Notes: a model not told the origin generated them from the letters alone. Shown: positions 20,992 through 29,759, counted from the stretch's first letter. The stretch: 36,593 bases of DNA from Promethearchaeota archaeon (GCA_016930515.1 JAFGGO010000190.1:1-36593), one strand, 5' to 3'. Program-made: numbers and translations.

Positions 20992-21666
20992 ATGGCCGAA
21001 AAAGGGTTTGAACCGCTAACAAGCCAATTAGGAATAGCTGGAACGTCGTATAGAATCCAACTAGGTTTGATAAACGAGAAATGGGCATCTCGAATCTTGA
21101 AAGGACGAGATATAATTGACTCTTACATCTTTAAAGAAGAAGACACGGTGAGTGGGCTTCCAAATTCTAACCTCATAGTGGGTTGGGTACTCCGAACCGT
21201 GGCAATTCCAAACATTAATCCCCATCAAATCATGAAAACTACCCAAGCTTTAGTAAAACAAGCAATACAAAAGAAAGAAGAGAGGAAAATGGTACCAACC
21301 GTCTCTGAATCGAGAGAAATTGAATTAGAAAAAGTACCCGAAAACGAACTTAAAAGGCCTACAACAAAGGGATGGGTAAAAGAAGAAGGATCATCAGGAA
21401 TTCAAGATAGTGAAGAAGCAAAGAGAAGAGCCTTCCAAGAAAGAGTTAAAGCAATTAAAGAAGAAAGCGCGCCTCAATCAACGGGTTCTACTGTAAAAAC
21501 AACAAGAACCCTACCCTCCATTCCTTCTGGAGGAGGAGATGCATCTATAACTACACAGGTTCAAAAAACCATATCGACAGCTGGAACGGTATTTTGTCCC
21601 TCTTGTGGTAAGGATATTGATTGGAAATTTTGCCCATATTGTGGAAAACCATTACCTCACGAGTGA
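20992..21666 (+). CDS. hypothetical protein with a C-terminal zinc ribbon
   Basis: Globular N-terminus, charged and Ser/Thr-rich linker, FCPSCGKDIDWKFCPYCGKPL; GGAG ribosome-binding motif at 20977-20980. Confidence 0.8.
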   Translation: MAEKGFEPLTSQLGIAGTSYRIQLGLINEKWASRILKGRDIIDSYIFKEEDTVSGLPNSNLIVGWVLRTVAIPNINPHQIMKTTQALVKQAIQKKEERKMVPTVSESREIELEKVPENELKRPTTKGWVKEEGSSGIQDSEEAKRRAFQERVKAIKEESAPQSTGSTVKTTRTLPSIPSGGGDASITTQVQKTISTAGTVFCPSCGKDIDWKFCPYCGKPLPHE

Positions 21667-21848
21667 TAATATTTTTAATATATTACATTGAATTATTTAA
21701 TTCGGATGCTAATAGTTGGAAATTCACTCATAAAAAAATCAAACATGACCACGAAACATTCATTATAAAAATATCCAATTATAAATAAGGACATTGCATA
21801 GTTGAAAAGCAATTATTTAATTTTTCAAAAAAATCTAAATGTGATTAC

Positions 21849-23555
21849 ATGAAAGACAAGTCCATCGTAATAATAAAACCAGAAGCATATTATAAGATGC
21901 TCGTTCACGTTCTACGATTTGGCTCAAAAACGCGTGAAAAAAGCCAATATAAGGAAGTGATGGGAATGCTCATGGGATACCTTGAAGGAGAAGGAGAAAT
22001 TAAAGATGTAATAATTGAAGACGCTGTACCCGTTTCTCATGGTGGTTCTATTGAAGTCCAATTTGCACCTCAAGATTATATTACTTTTGCAGCCATAGAC
22101 GAAAAGTTTGCTGAAAAAAATTGGTTTACCGTTGGATGGTACCACTCTCATCCTAACCTGAAAGTGTTTTTCAGTGGAACGGACATTAAAAATCAGATGG
22201 GTTGGCAGACTCCAAATCCTAGTGCTATAGGAATCGTGTTTGATCACTATTACTTAGAAACTGACCCTGAATTTAGAAGAAAATACGGTTTAAAACCATT
22301 AAACGAAGGTGAAATAGACTATGGGTTTAGAACATTCAGGCTCGACGATCCTTCAAAACCCAGTACAAACTATCACGAAGTGAAATCTATCGTTGAATTT
22401 CCCGATAACATACATTATTACTTAAAAATTAAAAAGCTCATTGAATGCATTCACGCAAACGAACCCCCAATTCTCGAATTAAACGAGACACCAGATATAT
22501 TCGGAAATGTCTATATTCCATTTGCGAACCAATTTATGTCAGATAGGCCTGAATTAGAAACGAGTTCCATCCTCACGGCTTTTAAGGATGGCGTTTATAA
22601 TCTTTTAGAATCTTCGTTAGAACCCCTGATCTCTTTTTTCAACAAGTTTAGTCAAGAAACTGTTTTGAAAATTGTTGAGAGTAACTTAAAAACTCGTGAA
22701 ACGCTTGTTTCACTAAAAGATATCTTGAGTAAGAAGATGTCTTTAATTCAAAATAATTTCAAATTTTCCTTGTCAAATCTTCTAGATCAATTAGATCTAT
22801 ACTTTTACGATAGGTTTGAAGGTTTTGATAAAGATAAAGAAATGATAAAAGAATCATTGGAAACCTTGAGGGAAACCATATCAGAACGAGTTAAACAAGT
22901 TATTAAAGATATCTCTGAAACACATTATTCGTCTATTTTATCGTCCTTAGATAACAACATAACAATAATTAGTCAATCAAACGAAAACAGCAAAAATAGT
23001 TACGATATGATAGAGAAATCAAAAAATCAATTATCTACCCTTTCACAATTTTTTGATTCAAGCTTAAAATCAATTTCTCAGAATGCAAGCACAATCCAAG
23101 TTCAATCAATAGATACTATAAAAAATAAAATCAACTCTTTAACAAGCTCTCTAACTTCTATTAAATCTCTCTTAGGTAACATCTCAGAAGTGCAAAACCT
23201 ATTTTCAACAGAAATAATTACAAAAATTCATGACTTGCAAGCTAGATTAACTGAACATGAAGATAAGAATAATCTCGAACAACCTGGATCCCCAACAACA
23301 AAGACACCGTTAACCGAAGGAAGTGTTTTAGAGCCTAATACGAGCGAATTATTAGAAAAATTAAGAAGATCTGAAGAAAAAAATAATGAATTGGAAAGAG
23401 CTTTAAATAAAGAACAAGATTCATACAAAAAAACAAGAGAAGAATTAAAAAATCTAACGATAGAAAATCAAAACCTCAATAATAAGCTTGAAAAAAGGGA
23501 AGAAATTTCAAGTGGACCTAGTAAAAAAGAAAAAAAAAAGAAAAAAAATAAATAA
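21849..23555 (+). CDS. JAB1/MPN (JAMM) metalloprotease, Rpn11/CSN5-like, with a long coiled-coil and a polybasic C-terminus
   Basis: EVMGMLMG, GWYHSHPNLKVFFSGTDIKNQ (intact JAMM), IGIVFD, FRTFRL; more than 300 aa of helical heptad pattern; ends KKEKKKKKNK. Confidence 0.9.
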   Translation: MKDKSIVIIKPEAYYKMLVHVLRFGSKTREKSQYKEVMGMLMGYLEGEGEIKDVIIEDAVPVSHGGSIEVQFAPQDYITFAAIDEKFAEKNWFTVGWYHSHPNLKVFFSGTDIKNQMGWQTPNPSAIGIVFDHYYLETDPEFRRKYGLKPLNEGEIDYGFRTFRLDDPSKPSTNYHEVKSIVEFPDNIHYYLKIKKLIECIHANEPPILELNETPDIFGNVYIPFANQFMSDRPELETSSILTAFKDGVYNLLESSLEPLISFFNKFSQETVLKIVESNLKTRETLVSLKDILSKKMSLIQNNFKFSLSNLLDQLDLYFYDRFEGFDKDKEMIKESLETLRETISERVKQVIKDISETHYSSILSSLDNNITIISQSNENSKNSYDMIEKSKNQLSTLSQFFDSSLKSISQNASTIQVQSIDTIKNKINSLTSSLTSIKSLLGNISEVQNLFSTEIITKIHDLQARLTEHEDKNNLEQPGSPTTKTPLTEGSVLEPNTSELLEKLRRSEEKNNELERALNKEQDSYKKTREELKNLTIENQNLNNKLEKREEISSGPSKKEKKKKKNK

Positions 23556-23572
23556 CCAATATAACCATTATC

Positions 23573-24889
23573 ATGCCGACTAAGATTCAAATAGGTATTA
23601 AAAAAGAAGCGTTCAGGAACATGATAACGCATGTTCTCAAATACGCAAGTCACTCTCTCGAGCAGAAGGCGGAAGTGATTGGTATCTGCATGGGAAAGAA
23701 AGACGCACGATTAGAAATAATAAACGCAATACCTTTAACTCACGGAATTGATATTGACATCGCAAATCAAAAGGAAATACTTGATGTGTTTGCTACCACG
23801 GAGGAGCAATATCAGAAAAAGAATTTATTCGTAGTAGGGTGGTATTGTTCCAATCCTAACGCAGGTTTGGAATACGCAGATAAGCATGTGAAAAATCATA
23901 TGTTTTTCAAAAGAACATTTAACAATGATTGTGTGAGTATTATTTTTGACCATGCCCAAATGGTACAAAATCAGAATTTGGGCTTTAAAGCGTTCATAAT
24001 AGATGATTCAGGTGTGAATCAAGTTGAAATCGATCTTGAAATTCCAAAAACTTTCGATTTTTTTAATTGGGTAAAAAAATTCGTTGAAGATTCCCAAAAG
24101 AAAGCCCCGATATTAATCAAGGAGATTAGTGAAGTTACTAATTTAGCACCAAACGATCTCCAAGAAATACCATTACCTCAAGATTATTTTATAGAAGATT
24201 CAGTTAAAGACGAATATGCTCGATTAGAACCCATTTCAGACGGTTTTACTAAAGGTGCGTCAAATTTTTCCGAAATTTTTATGGGACAATTTCTATCACA
24301 ATTAAGCAATTGGTCCCGACAATTTGAGAAAGGAGCAAGAGAAGGACCAATTATAATCCAACAAACCATCGAACAGATGAAAGACGCCTTGTCTCTTAGC
24401 ATGGGAAAGATTGAAAGGTGGTTTTCTAAAGTATTGGAGGAGAAAATTAAAATATTCGAAGAAAGCATGACTAATTACATTGAAGAGCGAATTATTTCTC
24501 AAAATCAGGTAGCTGAACTTGCTTCAAGTACTATAAAAGATGTAATCACTCAAATTAAAGAAACAATTAGAAATAATCTCCAAGAATTATTCAAAAATAT
24601 TAATGATAAATCGACCAATTTAGCTTCACAAATAGAGTATAATATTCAAAATGTTACCGATATAGACAAGAATTTAACTGTTGTTGCAAACGAATTAGAA
24701 AAAATTGTTGATGAGACCACCGTCGTATCTGGACAAATTAATAAAAGTTTCAATTTAATAACTGAAACACTAACTTCAAACTTATCAAATAGTATTGACA
24801 AGCTCAATGAAGAATTATCTTCTATTCAAAAGTTAACTGATGATATTAACCAGAAATTCTCGAATTTAAGAAAAGACTTGGATATCTAA
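23573..24889 (+). CDS. catalytically inactive MPN (MPN-minus) protein with a long helical/coiled-coil tail
   Basis: EAFRNMITHVLKY, EVIGICMG, AIPLTHG, GWYCSNP (both Zn-binding His lost, Ser/Asp replaced), SIIFDH, GFKAF; collinear with the upstream MPN gene, 17-bp gap. Confidence 0.82.
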   Translation: MPTKIQIGIKKEAFRNMITHVLKYASHSLEQKAEVIGICMGKKDARLEIINAIPLTHGIDIDIANQKEILDVFATTEEQYQKKNLFVVGWYCSNPNAGLEYADKHVKNHMFFKRTFNNDCVSIIFDHAQMVQNQNLGFKAFIIDDSGVNQVEIDLEIPKTFDFFNWVKKFVEDSQKKAPILIKEISEVTNLAPNDLQEIPLPQDYFIEDSVKDEYARLEPISDGFTKGASNFSEIFMGQFLSQLSNWSRQFEKGAREGPIIIQQTIEQMKDALSLSMGKIERWFSKVLEEKIKIFEESMTNYIEERIISQNQVAELASSTIKDVITQIKETIRNNLQELFKNINDKSTNLASQIEYNIQNVTDIDKNLTVVANELEKIVDETTVVSGQINKSFNLITETLTSNLSNSIDKLNEELSSIQKLTDDINQKFSNLRKDLDI

Positions 24890-25005
24890 AAAACTAAAGG
24901 CACAACAAATATTTTGGATTAAATAACCATTTTGATCGAAAAATATTCTATTTTCTATTTTTCATGAAAGATAATCTTTAATATTTCTTTTACTTATTTT
25001 CAATA

Positions 25006-25773
25006 ATGGTTAATGCTGAATTCGTTTTCAGGGCTTTTATCGGGATGTTATTTGAATCATTCGTTCTTTTAATAGCGCTCTTATTATGCATTCTTTGCCT
25101 TCAAAAATATTTTCAAAAGAAGCATAAACTTACGCTTTATTTATTGGTTATCTTCATAGCTTTGACTTGTGCCGTGCTATTTTCTTGGATATCAAAAATA
25201 CTCGTCATCACAATAGGATTAGAGTATAGTCACGTTCCTGATTTTGAACCAGTTGAAAATAATCTTTATTATTGGTTTCTGTTGAGGATAACGGATTTTA
25301 GAATTAGTTTTATCTTCATGACGATAGCAATATATTTTACTTATGTCCTCAAGGTAAATTTATACGAAGATGGATATAATTCAAAAATGAGAATTTTCAT
25401 AATTATATTTTCCATTCTTACGGCGACATTCTCTTTTTTCGTTTACATCAGGGGCGTTATTGAAATCGATGCCGTGGCGTTTTTTCTGATCTTCTTTTTG
25501 CTTTTATTAGTTTATTTACCTTTTTCCTTAAAATCTTATAGAGCTTATAAAAACACCGAAGAGCATGAATTCAAGAAAGGATTTTTAGCCTTAGCGATTA
25601 TGGGGATTGCTTTCATTTCTATTTTTTTAAATTTTTTTATAGATCGAATTCTAGTAATGATTCCAGGTTTAGAGTTGGGCTTTTCAACTTTTTACTATTT
25701 AGCTTGGATTAGCGCTATCATTGGTCTTTTAAGCGCTTATTTTGGATTTGTAAAACCTCGATCAACCGCATAA
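25006..25773 (+). CDS. seven-transmembrane hypothetical membrane protein
   Basis: Seven hydrophobic stretches separated by short loops; no soluble output domain. Confidence 0.75.
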   Translation: MVNAEFVFRAFIGMLFESFVLLIALLLCILCLQKYFQKKHKLTLYLLVIFIALTCAVLFSWISKILVITIGLEYSHVPDFEPVENNLYYWFLLRITDFRISFIFMTIAIYFTYVLKVNLYEDGYNSKMRIFIIIFSILTATFSFFVYIRGVIEIDAVAFFLIFFLLLLVYLPFSLKSYRAYKNTEEHEFKKGFLALAIMGIAFISIFLNFFIDRILVMIPGLELGFSTFYYLAWISAIIGLLSAYFGFVKPRSTA

Positions 25774-26044
25774 TTCAAAATATCCTTTTTTTTAATTAAT
25801 TATAATTCTCCGCAAAATATTTTTTATATTACTCGATTTTAAACTTATCGCACAAAAGTAATCGTCCTTAATTTTGTCGGACGGATATATATAATATATA
25901 TTTTTTACGCTTATTCATTTATTATTAATTTAATAATATTTAATTATCGTCGGTTTGAAACCTAAGAATATTTTCAATAAAAAACGCAGATTTTTAAATA
26001 TTGACGATTAATTATAATTTATTTAATTTAATTTTTGGTTTAAT

Positions 26045-26359
26045 ATGACCATGAGTTCTGGGATCGCAAAAAAGGTAAAATTGGACACGATTGATAAAAA
26101 AGCAGCTCTGGAAAAATCTCCTTTAATAAACCAAGAAATTCCAGATCCAATCTTAAATTTGACCTTAAAACTGAAAAATATGTTGGTCCAAGAACGTAAC
26201 GCTAAAGGAATAGGAACTGCAAAAGAGCAATATTTAGAAATCGTTAACAGCATACACGATGTGCTAAATAAAGAAACTTGTTTAAGCAAGGAACAAAAGC
26301 TTAATTATTGCAATATTGAGAGATACTTTATGAAATTGTATTTATTAAAATTCTCTTAA
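26045..26359 (+). CDS. hypothetical protein (104 aa, helical)
   Basis: ATG ORF after an AT-rich promoter-like region, convergent with the GTPase-like gene. Confidence 0.55.
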   Translation: MTMSSGIAKKVKLDTIDKKAALEKSPLINQEIPDPILNLTLKLKNMLVQERNAKGIGTAKEQYLEIVNSIHDVLNKETCLSKEQKLNYCNIERYFMKLYLLKFS

Positions 26360-26382
26360 TAGAGTTCATCCCACATAACAAC

Positions 26383-26904
26383 TCAAGCACTCGGAATATA
26401 AATATTTGAATCAATTATTCTACGAGCTAGTTCCAATACTGCATCGTTAACCTTGCAGTCGTCAGCTTCAGAAATCTTAATTAAAATTCCACCTTCGCGT
26501 TCTACTTGTTCTTCTATTTGAACCAAATCGAGATTTGCCGTGCTTTCGTTTTCTATTAAAACTAAAACATAAGGAACCTCCATTTTTGTCGTTATGCGAA
26601 TGTCGTTGACCTGTTTTCGAACAATCTCGTAGGAACGATTGTCGTTGATCAGGCCAAATATTCCCATTGCACCCTTGTACAATGAACTGAGAAAGAATTT
26701 AAAACTCGGTTTCGAGCAAACGTCCCAAAATGCCATTGTCACAACTTCACCGCTTTTTGTTTCAATATTTTTCACGAAAACATTAACACCAAGATTTAAG
26801 CGGTAATTATTCTCGAAATGACAGCCAATGAGTCCTTGTACCACGGCATTATTTTCACTAAACCCCGTGTTAATGAAAATAATCTTTAACTTGAAAGATT
26901 GCAT
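26383..26904 (-). CDS. degenerate Rab/Ras-like small GTPase (pseudo-GTPase)
   Basis: Rab-like scaffold FKLKII...F.NNYRLNLGVNVFVKNI...GEVVTMAFWDV...F.FFLSSLYKGAMG...VPYVLV...ISEAD..KVNDAV.ELARRI, but G1, G2, G3 and G4 are all degenerate. Confidence 0.75.
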   Translation of the reverse strand: MQSFKLKIIFINTGFSENNAVVQGLIGCHFENNYRLNLGVNVFVKNIETKSGEVVTMAFWDVCSKPSFKFFLSSLYKGAMGIFGLINDNRSYEIVRKQVNDIRITTKMEVPYVLVLIENESTANLDLVQIEEQVEREGGILIKISEADDCKVNDAVLELARRIIDSNIYIPSA

Positions 26905-27095
26905 TCAAATGCGTTTGGTTAATGATTTTCAATAAAAATTTATCTTATATAATATATTTAGCATAGAAGATATTTAAACTATTTATCGCGCGACAAATAG
27001 GATTTCTCATTTTTGTCAAAAAAACAAATATCTTATTTATACATAAAATAAATAAAAAAAGATTTTTATCCTAAAAAATTAAATATAGCTAGAAA

Positions 27096-27827
27096 TTATT
27101 CCAGTTTCGTTAATAATATTCCTGACGAGAGAAACCAAAAAATCAAGCTGATAATGCTCATCCATTCCATGAAGCGATAATAGTTAAGTGAAGGATCAAG
27201 ACTTTCAGTAGTCATGAAGTTTACATTTCCTTCAAAAATTGAAATTAAAATTGCTATTAAAAATAACGAGAAAAATAGGATTACAGGAACGCCTAAAACG
27301 GATTGTAATATCCATTTTTTATCATTTCTTTTTGTTAAAGCTAAAAGGCTTATTGAAAAGACCATAAATTCACAGGAAACAAAGAAAATACCAGCAAATA
27401 ACACATGAAGCAGTGAAAAATCGTGTAAATTAAAGATGGTTAAAAAAAGCCCTCCAATACTCGTTAAAATCATTAGAACGAGGGGGATCAAAAAAAAGTT
27501 TTTTTCTCTTTTTTCATTTTCTTTAACCATTATTCTCACAACATCCAACACAAAAGGAATGGAAAATATTATTGTTAATATCATACATACTGTGAAGACA
27601 TATTGGGCACCATTTCTTGCTCCTCCCAAGTTGCTAATCCAATGAGTTATCATGATATTAGGAGTGTTAATAGGTTCTGTGATTATAAAAACGATCGAAC
27701 TAACTACAAGCATAAATGCTTGAACGAAACCACATAAAATTCCAAAATAAGCTCCTTTATATCTATTAAAAAATTTACTTAATTTCTCTCTTTCGAGTAT
27801 TTTAAATACTTTTTTTGTACTCATCAT
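27096..27827 (-). CDS. DUF998 / Frag1-DRAM-Sfk1-like multi-pass membrane protein
   Basis: About 6 TM helices with WISNLG, LHVLFAGIFF and MEW motifs typical of this superfamily. Confidence 0.65.
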   Translation of the reverse strand: MMSTKKVFKILEREKLSKFFNRYKGAYFGILCGFVQAFMLVVSSIVFIITEPINTPNIMITHWISNLGGARNGAQYVFTVCMILTIIFSIPFVLDVVRIMVKENEKREKNFFLIPLVLMILTSIGGLFLTIFNLHDFSLLHVLFAGIFFVSCEFMVFSISLLALTKRNDKKWILQSVLGVPVILFFSLFLIAILISIFEGNVNFMTTESLDPSLNYYRFMEWMSIISLIFWFLSSGILLTKLE

Positions 27828-27850
27828 AATATTACCCTATTGAAAGATCA

Positions 27851-27870
27851 CGAGTAAGTAGTCTTACTTG
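27851..27870. promoter_or_regulatory. imperfect inverted repeat, candidate operator upstream of the 27096-27827 gene
   Basis: CGAGTAAG-TAGT-CTTACTTG (7 of 8 arm positions complementary), 24-43 bp upstream of the ATG. Confidence 0.35.
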
Positions 27871-27912
27871 ATTAAAAAATTGTTCTAATTTTTTATTGAA
27901 TTCTATCACATT

Positions 27913-29157
27913 TTACAAGGTTTTTTGAAAAACTGCGTGTTTTCTTACTGTACTGCAATGTGGAAAAATTGATTTCACAGCGTTTGAATTATTAGACCAG
28001 ATTGAAGTTCCTTCAAAATAGTTAACACCATATATACGACATGTAAGTTGACCTAAATTATTAAGAGCAGAAAATAGACCTTTTCCCCGATATTTCCTTC
28101 GAATAATTGCCGTGTCTATGTTTACCCGCGTAAATTCATTTTCAAGCCAAATCTGATACATGTCTGGAATTCCCAATAACACCCCAGCAATTTCTCCTGA
28201 ATTTTTATCAATTGCAATGGGTGCTAACGGCGAAATCTCCTTGAGATTGCATGTTTCCCAAGCTTCCTTAAACAAATCATTCTCAGAACAATGCTCACAT
28301 TCGATAGTGTCCTTTACTCTTCTTACAAATGGTTTTATTTTCAATTGAATGGTCATGATCTCGTCAAATCTTTCCTTTCCACCAGAAGAATCTGGTAAAA
28401 TCGAATAAAATGAATCTTCAGCCAGCTCTAATATTTCTTGCTTTTTGTCTTTTAGTTGGTTGAAAGTAAGATATTCAAACCGAAAATTTTTATCTATATT
28501 TTTTCCCGAAACCCAAGTGTTTGCATTAACTTTCATGCAGGAATATATTGATTCGGGAAAATACCCTAGAATGTTTAAATCATTCTTTAAATGAGAGCGT
28601 GGATTTCCAAATGGAACACCATATAACATTTGTTTCGAAAAACCTTGAATTTGAATACCGATACCCCCAATCCCCTTGGGATAATTGATATTACCACGTA
28701 TTCTTCGAACCTTGTATTTCTTGGCGAATTGTTCACATTTTTTAAGCAATTCGTCGCAGGTTAAACGATCACGAGCAATTAGCCAACCAAAAGTAGCAGA
28801 TTTTCTGCCATAACTCCTATAATAGGGATCGATTTGGCAAGTGACAAACCCCGATGGTTCATCATCGATGAACGCAATAAATACTTTTATCTTGAATCCA
28901 TCCTGAGAAAATTTTCTTTTAAAATATTTTAATAATTCGAAGATAATTTTTGGTTTGAGTTTTTTGTTTGGTACTTGAAGTAAATCGTTTAAAACGATTT
29001 TAATGGTTCTTAATGACCGGGTGCTGGAAATTTTGATCACATTTGCTATTCCTAATGATTGCATTTTTTTAAACAAAGGGAGTTTTTGAATAGATTTTTT
29101 AATTCTTTTTAAAGAAAAAATTATCCTTTTTTGTATGATATAATCTTTAACATTCAT
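27913..29157 (-). CDS. GNAT-fold acyltransferase (YghO-like, tandem GNAT)
   Basis: ATFGW, RRIRGNIN, AGVLLGIPD, acetyl-CoA motif IRRKYRGKGL, IWSNN; true start may be downstream. Confidence 0.7.
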   Translation of the reverse strand: MNVKDYIIQKRIIFSLKRIKKSIQKLPLFKKMQSLGIANVIKISSTRSLRTIKIVLNDLLQVPNKKLKPKIIFELLKYFKRKFSQDGFKIKVFIAFIDDEPSGFVTCQIDPYYRSYGRKSATFGWLIARDRLTCDELLKKCEQFAKKYKVRRIRGNINYPKGIGGIGIQIQGFSKQMLYGVPFGNPRSHLKNDLNILGYFPESIYSCMKVNANTWVSGKNIDKNFRFEYLTFNQLKDKKQEILELAEDSFYSILPDSSGGKERFDEIMTIQLKIKPFVRRVKDTIECEHCSENDLFKEAWETCNLKEISPLAPIAIDKNSGEIAGVLLGIPDMYQIWLENEFTRVNIDTAIIRRKYRGKGLFSALNNLGQLTCRIYGVNYFEGTSIWSNNSNAVKSIFPHCSTVRKHAVFQKTL

Positions 29158-29207
29158 ATCTGAAGGTAGATTTCTTTTGATGGAATAATAATAATTAATC
29201 TTAATTC

Positions 29208-29759
29208 ATGCCAGTTGTCCAGATTAACTTCAACGACATAGTTTTTGATGCTGAAGTACATTCTTTTTGCAAAAACGATAAATATACATGCCCCAATTTT
29301 GGAACATCGTGGTCTTGTCCCCCAGCTGCGGAAATACTTGAAAAAAAAATAGCTACTTACGATCAATACTTTTTAATCTATGTAAAGATTGATGTTAATG
29401 AATTTAGACGAGAAAATTCTAATATAGAACCAGACAAAAACGATGATCTTTATCAAAAACGATTAAACTACTTGATAAACGAACGAGCAAATCAAGAAAT
29501 TTCCCTTTTTCTCCATATGCTTAAAGTAAAAAACGAGAATATCTTTGTTCTATGGCCAGAAAAATGCAGGATTTGCGAAAAAGCATCTCAAGAATGCACT
29601 TATCGAACCAATCAGCCATGTAAAAATCCAAAAAATAGACATTACTCAATGACGGGTGCAGGAGTGAATACAGACAGCACTGTGAAGAAATTAAATATTA
29701 ACTTGGAATGGCCACCTGAGAAATATTCATATCGTTTTGGATTGGTTTGTGTTAAATAA
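29208..29759 (+). CDS. DUF2284-like metal-binding protein
   Basis: CPNFGTSWSCPP, CRICE...C...PCKNP...YSMTGAGVN, YRFGLV. Confidence 0.8.
   Translation: MPVVQINFNDIVFDAEVHSFCKNDKYTCPNFGTSWSCPPAAEILEKKIATYDQYFLIYVKIDVNEFRRENSNIEPDKNDDLYQKRLNYLINERANQEISLFLHMLKVKNENIFVLWPEKCRICEKASQECTYRTNQPCKNPKNRHYSMTGAGVNTDSTVKKLNINLEWPPEKYSYRFGLVCVK

Noticed and set aside
25006-25773. Rhodopsin call for the 7TM protein
   Set aside because: No retinal-binding Lys within helix 7 and no RYxDW-type helix 3 motif
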